Counted from the first letter of the stretch, positions 34,988 through 49,114 are shown. The stretch: DNA of 64,000 nucleotides from Octopus bimaculoides (GCF_001194135.2 NC_068998.1:27477104-27541103), one strand, 5' to 3'. The notes: generated from the sequence alone by a model not told the origin. Program-made: numbers and translations.

Positions 34988-36871
34988 GGTAAGTATGTAT
35001 GTGTATGAGTGTACTTCATCATTGTTACTTTTTTACATCCACTTTTCCATGTACACATGGATTGGACAGGTCCCATCTAACACAGCTTCTAGATATTTGT
35101 TGCATTCTTTCAATACATCCCGACTGAAGTTCAATAACCCAAAATCAACCATTGGGCCTATTTGTTCCTTCCTCTAGCACCATTTCCTTTCTCTTGTATT
35201 TCTGAGAACGTCTTTACTCATTTCTTTTTCCATATGCAACACATCTGTGTCAATGCATTTTGTCTTTCAATTCATCACTTCCACATCCTTCTTACACACA
35301 AATGTTGCATACCCTTACTTTATTTCACTCTGACCTTCACACATCTTGTGCTTAGTCCCCACATCTCATTATCATACAGCATCACACTTCATACATAAGC
35401 AACATTCAGTCTACCTTTCATTAAAAAGAAGACTCCTCTTGTTACCATTAGAAGCAATAGCTCCATGAACTTTTGCCAGCCTCCTCTTGTTCTGGCTCCC
35501 AGAGCACCCACCTCCATGGCTGATTAGGTTGTCTCGTTAACAAGTTTTGGAAAGCTCAGGTAGAGCACCATCTGAAACAAGCCTTTAGAATCCAGTATCT
35601 CCAGAATTCTTTCTGGTGAGATAGGATTACACATGTAAAGACCCTCCATCAAATCAACTCCAGCAACATTTAGTCCACACCACATAAACATCAACTCAGC
35701 TGAAACACTGTGTGGATGTGATTTGCATCTCTCTCATGGGAACCTCTACGGCCAGCTGCACCATGGTCAGCACATGGTTGGTGAATTAAAGAAGCAGTTC
35801 AGAGATTTTGAAGAGTTTCTAATGGAAAATAATTCATGTAAAATAACTTTTCATTAAAGGTGTATGTAACTGTGAGGTACAACAGTTATAACTAAAAAGA
35901 CTAATCAGTTTGTAGAATGGTATGAGAAGAGAAAATGGAGAAGGCATTGCCCCAGTTAACGAGGGAGATGTGTTGGAACATCCACTCCCACACACAGGGC
36001 TCACACTTGTGGATGGCAGGGATGAAGTCCAGGTGCCAAGAATGTCAGAGATCTCCACTGTCACAGGCTCATCTACAAATCTGGCAGAGAACAGCTGATA
36101 CTTTGAATTTGCCCTTCTTGGCCTGATAAGCAGTGAAGCCTGTGCTGCCAGCCAAAGAAAGTGTTGCAGCATGTGGCATCCCAGATGAAGTGGGGGCTAT
36201 CACTGTGGAACAGGAAAGTAGTCATGCAGTCTGGCCTTTTACTATCCCCTCAGCCCAGCCCAGCTAACTTGAGCTGGGAAGACTAACTTGCAGCATTTAG
36301 ACTATGCTTTATGATTTCATTGAAAGCAGCATGGTGTAGAAGGCAGCTACCACTATAATGGCATGACAATCAAAGATTACCTGAATATGCCTTTGAAGAG
36401 ATGCAACATCAACATTTCAAGAATAGGAGATATTGTTACTTGTGTTCAAGTAGTCTTGGTGATCTTGAGGAAATTGAAAATATGGATAAGAAACATACTC
36501 AGTATTGCTAGAAGGGAGAAAAGGTGTATGCTTGCAGAGTAATCTCTGAGCTCTCTAATGAAACGTTTATATGCTTCATCTGCAACTAAAGCTGCACATC
36601 AAGTATTGGGATGTAGTCATCAAAGGATCTACAAATGAAAAAGATGATGGTTATCATCAGATTCAGTGGACAACCATAAAGCAAAGAAGTGGGCGCATGT
36701 ACATGTGCTTAGATAAGAGATACAAAGTTAATGAATGACAGTATTTGTTGACAATAAGGAGTGATGTGAAGTGGAAATGAAGTAGAGAGAGGACATCCAA
36801 GAAACCCACTTTCTTTAACACATAAAATTGTAGTAAAGAAGTAGTAAGAAACACTTGAGGAATGGTTTTCA

Positions 36872-36877
36872 TTTATT
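36872..36877 (-). promoter_or_regulatory. Candidate polyadenylation signal AATAAA of the DDHD gene
   Basis: tttatt on the plus strand, about 110 nt past the stop; hexamer is common in AT-rich DNA. Confidence 0.3.
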
Positions 36878-36984
36878 CATATCTTTAAGTACAAGTTAGT
36901 ATCTTACCTACCTAAATGTAAAATTAAATGTTACTTTGAATATGAAACTTAGTTCAGATCTTAGAGACTTAACCTCCATTCCAT

Positions 36985-37780
36985 TTAGTAGGTGTTTTTT
37001 ATAAACCCTGTCAATGGAGGAGGTCCAACTGGCATACCAGTCGTTTGAGGACCTGTAGTGGGGGGTATCATTGATGGAGTTGTTGAAGGTGGACCCATGG
37101 GTGGAGGAAGATTTGTTGAAGGTAAACTCATGGGTATATGAGATAACACAGGAGCAGTTGTAGGAGGTGCAATGGAAGGAGTAGAAGTTGAAGGAGGACC
37201 CATGGGGAGAGGACCAACTGAAGGAGGTCCCATTGGAGGAGGGCCTGTTGAAGGAGGTCCCATGGGAGGAAGGCTTGTTGAAGGTCTCATGGGGGGAGGT
37301 CCCATAGGAGGAGGGCCAGTTGAAGGAGGTCCCATAGGGGGAGGGCCAGTTGAAGGAGGTCCCATAGGGGGAGGGCCAGTTGAAGGAGATCCCATAGGGG
37401 GAGGACCAACTGAAGGCCTCATAGATGGAGGGCCTGTTGGAGGTGGTCCCATGGGGGGAGGACCAATTGAAGGATGTCCCTTTGGGGGAGGGCCAGTAGG
37501 AGGTCCCATAGGGGAAAATACACCAAAATGATGTGATGTGTTTGCAGTGGCTTGAGCTTGAGAGCTAACAGGACTTGAATATTCTCGTCTTTTAGAATTT
37601 AATTGTGGATCTGAGTAGGAAGATGCTTGGAGAGGAGTTGAAGGTGAAGTAAGAGGAACAGTTGAGGAAGGAGGTGAAACTGTACTTCGGTTCATTGAAT
37701 CTGGCCAATTCGTCTGAGGATAAATTCCTATTATTGAGTACAACTCCTTAAGTATAAGCAGCACTGTGTCTTCAGATTCC
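36985..37780 (-). CDS. SEC23IP/DDHD2: DDHD-gene last exon: [15 protein letters not shown] plus a ~250-aa Ser/Pro-rich tail with [10 protein letters not shown] repeats
   Basis: tttacag acceptor; open frame to TAA at 36987-36985. Confidence 0.92.
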
Positions 37781-40700
37781 CTGTAAACAAAAAAAAAACA
37801 AACTGGATAGACATGGGTTCACAGCAGACTTAATCATAAGTGTTGTTTACACTGGTATTAGCTTTTCTGAATCAAATTGCATTATGGTGTTCTACCACTA
37901 TCTTCTCTAGCAAGGCATGAAAGCCAAAATGTTTTAATGTCATTAAGTCTGTGATGTTCATGTCTTTCCTATGAACAGTGGTGACAAATGAGACTTCCAG
38001 ATAGGGTCTTTCTGTTACCAGTGTAATCTCAAAACTAATACCATAGCTGGCATATATTCTTGAATACTTTACCTTCTATACATATCATTTTAACATCCAC
38101 TTTTCTTATGCTTGCATCAGTTGGACAAAGTTTTATTGAGGCAGTTTTTCTACAACTAGATGCCCTTCCTGTAGCCAACCTTCTCAGGTTTCCAAGCAAG
38201 GTAACATTGTAACATTTTTCTCATAGCCAGACATTTTCACAGAATACTCAAAATGAAAGACACTGTGTGACAGTAACATTCATTTATAACCATCATGTGA
38301 TGTTAAGACTAGGCGACACAAATACACATGGTTGGGAAGCTGTATTCTTAACCATAGCCATGTCTGTGCAGACATGTATATTTATATATGGTACAATTTT
38401 TGCAATTACTTGCTACATTGTGCTTACTGGGTAGTCTACAGTTCACATTCTGCTCTTCTTGTTAAAGATATTGAATTCAATGTTCTTGTCCCTGCAGCAA
38501 TTATTAGTCTGTTAGTTTGTAGTAAATATTAAGCTGAAAATCTGCAGATATAACAATCACCAACCAAGGCACTGCACCAATGTATCAACTACATGGAGAT
38601 TGGCAACAAGACACTATATTAATGTACCTTCCTTTGAATCATTGCATGAAGACAAAGTCATCTATGATACCCTTACAACTCAATCAGTTTCAAGATATAA
38701 TTATTAAATTCATTAGAAGTCAAGATGTAAGTCAGAAACAACACTAAATTAGTACAAATACTGTATGGTTAATGACTTACCAATAGCAGCCATGACTAGT
38801 CAGTGCAAATAAATAATCGTTGAAGCTTTCAATAGGTTTCTCCTGTAAGACATAGTCAATTCTGCGTCCTTCATTTAACAGACCCATGCTGATTTCCTCA
38901 TCATGACTAGAAGCAATGGCTGAAAAATTTTTGAAAGAAGATATAGAAAGAAAATTTCAATGAATATAATCTTCAAACAGAAAACTTGATATATTTTAAA
39001 CATATATAATCAAATAAATCTATCAGACTACTGAAGTAATCATTAAAGTAAATCAGTTTCTATTTGGAGATCAATTCCTACACCCACCAGTTAACCAAGG
39101 TATTTTATTTTTCAGCAACCACAAAAATTGAAGTCTTAACTGTAAAACACAGAAGTATCCTAAATTATTTAGCTACTTGTCAATAGTAGATGCTACCGTA
39201 AACTAATTTTCCTTTTAGTTTAGCTGTGTAGAGGTGACAAACTGAAAAAACTATTTCAACTGATCCATCAAATCTACTCAATGGATACTAAAGAGATCTG
39301 TTTATATATTACAATATTAGTTTATATTTTTACTTTTGTTATGGCATAGTCTGGCGGATTTTCTGCAGTTATGATCTTTACAGATCAATGTAGCTTCAAC
39401 ACCAACACTTGCAGGGAAAATGTTATTGTGAAGGGAATTTTAGAGGATTGACATTTTGAGGATGAAGGAATAGGAAAAGTAGCCAGCGCAGAAGCTATAC
39501 AATGAGGGACAAGAGGAAAGGCAAAAGCAAGGAAACTTAAAAAAAATATAGTCTCAGTAGTTGTGGAGATAATGAAACAAAGACTATTAATTCGAAAGTG
39601 AAATATAAAGTAGGTTTTTTTTTGTTTTTTGTTTTGTTTTCCCAGAAAATCTGTCCACTTACATGCAGTTTCACAAGATTCATCATCAGTGACAACTAAC
39701 TGATTAATAACCTCACTCATTTCTTTTTCTACATGTTGCTCCAGTGTTTGGTTTGAAGTGTGAGCTCGTGCAAATTCATTGATTGAATTCCAGGTACTCT
39801 TCAGAGAATCCAGAAATCTTTGCTTCAGATCAGAACCAACTCGGCTGAGACTTTCTCGCAATTCTGAAATTAAAAGAGACAAAATATCATTCCCCATTCA
39901 ATGTTTTGATACTTATTAACAACCTTTTTGGATTGATGCTTAAATGCATCTTTGTTTATTATTATTAAATACCAGGGATTAGCTATGTAGTACTTCATAT
40001 AAATCAGAAAAATCATCTTTACTACTAAATAAAGATGAGGGTGGTGGTAAAATAGCAAGGCAGTGTTTTGTTTCATCTTACATTCTTAATTCATATCTGA
40101 CCATTCATAATTCTAGGGTCAATAAAATAAGTACAAGGTCTCAATTCAATATACTCTTTCACATTCCCCTTGTAAAAAATAGCAAGATATATTTATTATT
40201 ATTATTATTATCAACAGTGGTGAATTAGCAGAAACTGTACACTCATGTAGTAATTAGTTATAACTCTTTATGTTCTGTGTTCAAATCGCATAAAGTCAAC
40301 TTTATCATCCCTCTGGTGTTGATAAAAAAGTACAGATAATAATTGATTATATTTCTCTCCAAAAATTGGCTTTGTAAATGAAAACTGTTTCTATTATTAC
40401 TAGAATATTTGTCCTGAGCTTGTCTTAACAGTGATTCAAGTACACTAACATACAAAACCTTCATATTAGTTTCCACACTAATTTACTAATAAATAATAAA
40501 CAATCTTTCAACACATTAAACTGTCAACATTCTACACATGAAGTAGAAAAAAACCTTTTATATACTGAATTCTCAAATTTCCAACAAAATCACATAAATT
40601 CAATGTACTACAGATATAAAATCACATAAATTCAATTCACCCCAAACAAAGCATTAAGATCATATAGCATCGTCACATATTCTTTATTGTGCCCTACTCA

Positions 40701-43700
40701 ATTTACATAATTTCCATCAAATATACATGGATTCTGATAAATGTGATCTTAATACAACCACAGAAGGGAGCAAATCCAGCATCTAGTGGGAACATGTCTC
40801 CCAGATTCCTACAGCAGTCAAAGCAGAAAGAGTGAGGTATATATCATCATCATTGTTTTAACATCCACTTTTCCATGCTTGTATAGGTCAGATGGAATTT
40901 ATCGAGGCAGATTTTCTATGACCAGCTGCCGTTCCTGTAGCCAACCTTCACCTGCTTCCAAATAAAGTAATATTTCCCTATGACCAGACAGGTTTTCACA
41001 GAATACTAGAAATGAAGGACAGCACTTGCATGGTTATGGCTCTTGTTTACAACCTTCATGTGATATCAAGGCAAGGAGACACACACAAACACACACACAT
41101 TCTTTTGTCCTTTTATTTGTTTCAATCATTTGACTGGCCATGCTGGAGCACCACCTTGAAGGGTTTTAGTTGAGCAAATCAACCCCAGAACTTATTTCTA
41201 TTGATCTCTTTTGCCAAACCACTAGGTTACGGTGACATAAATACACCAACACTGGTTAACAAGCAGTGGGCGGGGNNNNNNNNNNNNNNNNNNNNNNNNN
41301 NNNNNNNNNNNNNNNNNNNNNNNNNNNNNNNNNNNNNNNNNNNNNNNNNNNNNNNNNNNNNNNNNNNNNNNNNNNNNNNNNNNNNNNNNNNNNNNNNNNN
41401 NNNNNNNNNNNNNNAAGACACACACACATTAACAAGCTTCTTTTAGTTTCCGTCTACCAAATCCACTTGCAAGGCTTTGAAGAAGACACTTACCCAAGGT
41501 GTCACACAAGCGGGACTGAACCCGGAACCATGTTGTTGGGAAGCAAGCTTCTTACCACACAGCCATGCCTAGGCTCCTTTTAATTTCCATCTACCAAATC
41601 CACTCACAAGGCTTTGGTTAGCCCAGGGATATAGTAGAAGACACTCGCTCAAGGTATCACACAGTGGGACTGAACCCAGAACCATGTGATTGGGAAGCAA
41701 ACTTCTTGTCACACATCTATGTATCTATGCATAAAGTTTCAGCTGATTAACCCTTTAGCATTCAGATTACTCTCTCAAATGTAATGTTTGTTTTTTCACA
41801 TTGTTTTAAATTAATCTTGTAGCTTCAAAGTTTCGGTGATGTGATTGTTTACTTTAAGAATGATATTGTAGGGCAGATGTTAGAGGCTGGATGTGGCTGG
41901 TTTGAACATAAAACAAGTAGAATATTTGGGCCAGATATGAGTCAGTTTAAATGCTAAAGGGTTTAAGATGCACATACATTGTATACATATTTCTTGTTTC
42001 CCCCAAGATAAAAACCTACAACTGTCTGGGTAACAGTGTCCAGTGAATGCTTTATAGTGTGTGCAATATTGTTACTTAGTCCCAGAGGAAGCCTTTGTTC
42101 AAAGGCATTACAGTCAGGACCATTCCGTCTCTTTTCAGACATTGCATCACATTATTCAATTAATCCTTTTAAGACAGCAGGATAGAGCAGCTGCATAGAT
42201 TTCTTGTTGGCTTGTGTTATCTTTTATCTGTTTCAATCATTAAATTGCGGCCATGCTGGGGCACTACCTTAAAGAACTTTTAGTCAAGTGAATTGACCCC
42301 AGTACTTATTTTTTGTAAGCTTGGGACATAAACAAACCAACTCCAGTTGTCAAGCAGTGGTAGGGGACAAACAGACACAAAGACATACACATACAACAGG
42401 CTTCTTTTAATTTTCATCCACAAAATCCACCCACAGGGCTCTGGTCAGCTCGAGGCTATGGTAGGTGCCATACAGTGGGACTGAACCTGGAACCACGTGG
42501 TTGGGAAGCAAGTTTCTTACCATCCAGCCATGCCTGTGCCTTATGCTTGTAATATATTTCTAATTCTAGACATGTGCTTTACTTATAATATAAAAACAGA
42601 AAATAAAGATGAGGGAAACAGCAATTAAGACTCACCTAAATGAAGACGTTTTCGGCCTTTATGATGTGGTATTAGTACTGGTTTGTGGTTACTAGCTTGG
42701 GCATTCACAAGTGGCTCAATACGATAGGCCTACAACATGTAAACATAATATATTGAGATGTTGAGCTCTAATCAGAATATACTCTCACATCACAAATTCT
42801 ACATTACACTTGAAATAGATTATGTAATTCCATGTTATTATATGAAATTGGTCATGGTTTCAAGAGGAAATTATTTTACTGTCGACTGTTTGTCTAATCA
42901 TTTAATACTCAACTAAAAAGTAGTGAAGATTTGTTTTAAAGACAGATTGAATTATATGCATGACTATGTATTTAACTGACCCTACAGAGGAATCTCATCT
43001 GTTGATATTAATATCAACATTCATTTGTGTATATACTTAGAGTTGGACAGCTACATCTATATACGGTACGGTGAATTACCATGCTTATATCATGCATTTT
43101 TTTAAATTTTAACATTCAAAATAATTTTAATGAGTAGGTAATTGTTTCTGCTGACTAATACTAATTACACATCGTTGGTTTGATAGCTAAATGCGGTATT
43201 ATTTTCTTCTATATATAATGACAGAAATTTAGCAAAATCAAGTTCTTTAACCAACAAACAAGTGGAAGTATAGTCATTCCACTTGCCAATGTTGCATGAA
43301 AATATCCAAAACAAAACTCCCTACTGTCATTAAAATAATTGCTGTGATTTCAAATTCTAAGTTTTAGACTTCCATATCAATAATAAAGATGGCAGTTAAT
43401 ACAGGATAATTTTCAAGATTACTTTGCAATAAATTTTTGATGTTTGCAACAAGTTAATGGTAAAATGCCAAAATAACTTACCACAGAATCAAACTGGAGA
43501 TACAGCCAAAAGAAGATGCAAAGAAAGTATAAAAAGTTATCAGAATGGTTTCAATACATTTAAATTATTTAAAATAAAAATTAAAAAAATTACAGAAAGC
43601 TAAAACAAAAGACTTAATACATTTACTGATAATCTGTTACACAAAAGAACCAAGATAAACAATATTATTTATGAACTTGTTAACAATATGTGTTGTCTTT

Positions 43701-46700
43701 GATGTAAATGTGTTAGTAATAATAACACTATTAAACTGTTTTAATAAGTCATAATACTAAGTGAATTTCAAAATAGCTTATAACCTATTTATATACTGCC
43801 TAGCAGTATATAAATTTATATACTGCCTAGCAGTTTTACTTGCAACATATATACAACAAAACAGGTATCAGTGACAGTGCAGAAAACAGCTCCAAACTTA
43901 AAGGAAACTATAATTATATTTGTTCAGAATTCTTTCATATGGACATAAACAAACTACAAATGGTAATGTCAGCTTTTAAAAGCATATTTCATTAAATAAG
44001 TATCTTTTTAATAACATTTAAGATAAGATAGGTTGATGTCATCATCATCATCATCATTTAACGTCCACTTTCCATGGTGGCATGGGTTGGATAGTCTGAC
44101 AGGAGCTAGCTGAGCAGAAGACTGCACCAAGCTTCAGTGTCTGTTTTGGCATGCCTTTTATAGCTGGATGCCCTTCCTAACACCAAGCACCTTGCAGTTG
44201 TTGTTTTTTCGAGTTCTACATCTGCTATAGAACAAGAGAGAGAGAGAGAGATCTTCAAATTGCATCCATGCAGACAGGCTCCAACAACAGAATGCTATTT
44301 AACAAGAAAAAAGATTTGGTTTGCAATAACTTACCGGATGGAAAATGTTGAAGACTCTGGAACATGTGGGAAGGCAGAATTCTTCTCCTACTTTTTCTAC
44401 CCCACGTACAGCTAGAAATACTCCAATAGGAGAGCCTAAAGCAAAGAAGCTAACAGGATGAAAGAGTAACTGTGGATATTCCACAAAGGGTTGTCCAGTT
44501 CCAGCCACACCCATCAAATAGTCAACAGAAATCGATGTCTCACATTTTAGCAATCTAAGAGAGAAAAATAAAGAATTGTACAAAACCATGAAAATTAACA
44601 CTAAAAGATGCTTTTTACTTCTTTTATAAATACTTTTCCATTTTAAGAAGAGCATTGTAGCTCACTTGAAGCGTTATAGTACCAAAGGAAAAGAAAAGGG
44701 GAAATAAGAATGCAGAAAGTTTTACAAAAACCTTTATATTCCAGGCACAAAGGCCCATTGTCAGAAGAAAGCAGTCTTGGAAATGTCCTGCTACACTGAT
44801 TCCTTTACCTTATTCAAACTCCTAGGTTTTAGGTTAACAGCACTAGCAGCAACTCTCCAACTGTTGGTTGATGCAATGTATAGTCATGTGGTGGTGGTGG
44901 TGGTGGCATATATTATGATGCTGGTTGCAATCACCATGTTTATAGAGGAGCCACTGGCTCAACTCCAATTGGCTGTTAATTTTGGGATTGAGACAGTGGA
45001 TCAATATAGCTTCTTTTATGTGTAGATTTCCAGTCACATCAACTAACAGCGGGTGCGTTGCCTACACCAGCAGTCGGAGGTTTGCTTACACCAACAGTTG
45101 AAGAGTGGCTGCTACTGCTGCTAACCTAATGCCAAGGAATTTGAATAAGGTAACAGAATCGGTGTGACTGGACATTTCTCAGACTGCTTTCGTCTGAGGA
45201 TGGGCCTTAGTGCCTGAAATATAAAAGATTTTGTAAAATTTTCTGCATTGTTAGAAGCTTTCTTACTTCCCCTTTTCTTTCCCTTTTAAATTGTGTTAGG
45301 TGAGAGTCATTTCCTAGGATTATTGAAGTGAGCCAAATAAATTTAAAGACCATTAAATAGTACGTGTGTGTTTTAGTCACAGCCTGGACCATGGAACATT
45401 TTATAGTTATTCAAAACAGAAAAAGCAAAAGCAACAAGCCCACTGTCAGGAGGCCTTCTTTCTGCTTCAAAGTGCTTATAATGTCTAATATTATCCATCT
45501 AAAACAGCCAATTTATTTATTTCATTATACAGACTATTTTGCATATGTTCATTTCCTTCCCATCTTGACATTTATGATAGCTTTTTTCCCTCTACTTTCT
45601 CTAGTTTCAAGTTCTGCTCATTGACGAATTGAACAGATTTGTACGCAAAAACTGAAGTCAACTTGGTCACTTGTCTAAGCAATAGGAACCTCACAAAATT
45701 TCAAGGAAAACTCACTTTGTTTTTAAATTTGTTTCTGCTTCTTTCAGTTTCTCTTCCTCTTTTCTTTTCTTCTCAGCTTCTATCTTCTGCTTCATGGCAG
45801 CCTCTTCTTCTTGCTATACAAATGACACATTAAACAATTATTAATAATACTAAACAAAATAAAATTTTTACTATATCTTCAATCAGAAGAATAACTATTT
45901 CTAGATTTTTCCTGACTGTTTGAAAATTTATGAATTCAAGACAAATGATTTTAAGTGTCCTTAAAATGGTACAAACAACTATTTCATATATTGTACATAA
46001 CACATCTGTCTCTACAAAGTCTGAGTTACATGCTTGTGATGGAAATATACTTTAATCATGAACAGCTGTTAACTCTGTACAAAATTTAGTAAAATACTGT
46101 TTTCACCAGTTTCATAGATTCAGTCCACTTTGCTGATATAGTGGTAGTTGATCATGCACAACCCTTTCAACATGGACATATCACATTGGTCTATTTTGGG
46201 ATCATATTGCACACAAAACTATGATGTTATTTGCTGCATGGAGTGAAGTGTGACAATTCGGGCATGTTGTATCTATTTTAATATCCAGACTGCTCTTGCA
46301 TGATTGGAGATTTTGGTGGTGTCTGTACACTGACATTCACTAAGGAAACATGTACACTGGACCTAGTGTGACTATTGATATTGCAGTTGTGAATCTTGTA
46401 AACCTGTTCACTTTGGCTAGAAGAGGTTAGTGTTATTGATTTGTTTAGATATTTCAAGGTTATCACCCTGTAATGTACAAGTTATATAGACAGCAGTAAT
46501 AGACTGTGTTCTTTATATATCTATGTGGTTTTTAGATTTAATATTAGGCTTTTGTTGTAGAGAAAGGAGGTGTTGGGAAGGGGTGCATATGCACATACAT
46601 GCAACCTATATGAGGTGGAGAACATTTCTGAAGTATTTCACATTTTTTTTAATGTTTCTGAAAGAGATAGGAAGGAAGCTAAAGCAAGATTAGAATATTT

Positions 46701-49062
46701 CATAGACAACATTTCTCACAACATATAATGATCTTTAGTTTCAATATCCTCTACATGTAAGGTAAAGGTTACAGATAAGCTGTAAAACTATTATTTTATA
46801 TGTATGCAGAATGTTGCTTCCTTTAAGTATGTAGCATAAAATGATGGATTTTGTTGTTGTTAAGTCAGGTGATGGGGAATTCTTCCCATCAACCTACTCA
46901 TTTCTTTGGAAACAAACCACAATGTAAACTACCACCTCCTTCATCATTATGACATTTCATGGTGATGATTACCAGTACAGCTTCCATAAATCCATTCTGT
47001 CTTCTTTGTTACTTACCAGTGACCTTTGATGCTAAAGAACTTTAGTAAATTCTTTAAACACGTCTAATATAGGAATGTACTCTCTAAATATGCACCTATG
47101 GGCTTCACCTCTTACACAAGTCACGCTATTACTTTTCAACAATCTCTATCCTGATTCAACCCTATGACTAATCCCTTTTCTCTACCCACTTCTTTGCCAT
47201 ACACCACCATCCTCCTCTCTTACCATCTCTCATCCCTTTGCCTAGAGGATCATCACCCACTCTCTCTTCTGGTCTCCCTCAGCTATAGGGGCCTTGCAAG
47301 ATACAAGAGCATTAAGAGCATTATCACTGGTGCCAACAAACAAAAAGCTCCCAGTACAATCTGCAAAGTGGTTGGAATTAAGAAAGGGATCGAGTTAATA
47401 GAAACTACACAAAAGTAGACATTAGTGCATGACACAGGCCTCCAACTCATCATCAGACCCTGTCTAACCATCCAACCGTTACCAGTGTGGAAACTGAATG
47501 CTAGATGATGATGATCATCAGCAGTAGTATTGATAGTCAGTACTTGACAACATTATTAGATAACACACCTTGACACTCAAAATTCATGAAGCATTCTAAA
47601 TCTTTTAATTGATACAGGCATGGTGTAAGGAAGGTCAAAACAAACTATGGAACCTGGTGAAGCCCCTGGCTTTGCCAGTTCCTGTAGAGCCATTCAACCC
47701 ATGCCAGCATGGAAAACGGATGTTAAATGATGATGATGATGTGTTTAAGAAGTTCACTTCACAATTACATAGTTTTGAATATGATTCCATTGCAAGGCAC
47801 TTTGGGCATGTCTCCATTGCAAAGCACTTTTTCAGAGCCTCAAACTGACTTGGATGGAATTTATGACATGGAACCTGTGTGAAAGAGTGTTCTTTTTTGG
47901 TGTGAGACAATCTGTCATCTAGTTCACTACCATCACCTAAGCCTTGGGTGTCCATTTTGAAGCAAGCATTCAGGGAAGGTCCCTGGATTGAGGATAACTT
48001 CCATCCACCTATTTTGCAGATCCAGACTATGCCATGCAAAAAAATGAAATATTTGATACTGCAATTCCTTATATCTGACCTGTTTTAATTCTGTCATCAA
48101 CTTCTGAAGTTTCTTTCGTGGTCCCATAGGTAAACCAAGACATTTCAAATCCTCGTCAGTACACATACTCTAGAAAATACACAAAAAATTATATTATTTA
48201 GAAAATAGTTTCATCCAATTGTTCAATCATTTCATTAAAAAAAAAATCAAAGTATTCTTGGAATAAATGAGCTAAATAGTTTCAGATTCATATTTACTTT
48301 TACTCAGTTTATATATTATATATAGCATATATACCCTAATAAGTTTTTATATAACATATACCCCACCCCCAACAACTTACATTATATGTACACAACAATT
48401 TTTTTTTTCTAATATAACATATACTCAGCAAATTATCTGTGGTCAACAAGTTCTTAATATGTGACCCTTGATGCTCTTATATTCATTTATGTTCTATAGT
48501 GTAAAGTGATAATTAGCGGGAATCCTGAGTTACCTCCACCGCAGTTTCACCTTATCTTCCTTTCCAATTGAAACCCACTTCAGAAGCACCAAAAAATGAT
48601 AAATAGCTTTAAACAGGATACTGCCACTCTGACATCAATTACTTAACTGCTGAAGAATATTTAATTTCCTAAATTAAAGCCAACTAATTTTATTTTGGTC
48701 TTATTCCTAAATGCTTTGGTTAATTTTAAATTTTAATCAGCCTTTCTTTGGACATAATTATCTATATATATAAAAATGAGAATGTGTGTCTGCCTGTCTG
48801 AATCCCTAAAACTCGAGAGCTACGCAACCAATTTCATTCAAATTTTACAGATGCCTTACTTAGGGCTCCAGTTGTGTTTTAGTAAAAAAAAAATTTTAAC
48901 TTCTTGCAGAGTTCGAGCCCACAGCAACATAATATTTCCTCCACTATTTAAGTATTACGTGTCAGAAGTGAAACAAATACACCCATGCCAAATAATTTCA
49001 CTTTAAAAATGAAACTATTCTACTGACTGAAACAATCACATTCCGATACTGTGAGTGAGTGA

Positions 49063-49114
<52 letters not shown>

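Noticed and set aside
35500-36680. Possible retroelement or third-gene remnant between the two genes
   Set aside because: GC is slightly raised, but I found no recognisable motif or consistent exon structure
37172-37531. 119-aa Gly-rich, collagen-like ORF on the plus strand
   Set aside because: It is the antisense mirror of the Pro-rich last exon of the DDHD gene
46278-46466. Minus-strand ORF after a tacag acceptor as an extra DDHD-gene exon
   Set aside because: It has a stop in the needed phase, and the flanking exons 48080 and 45813 already join in frame
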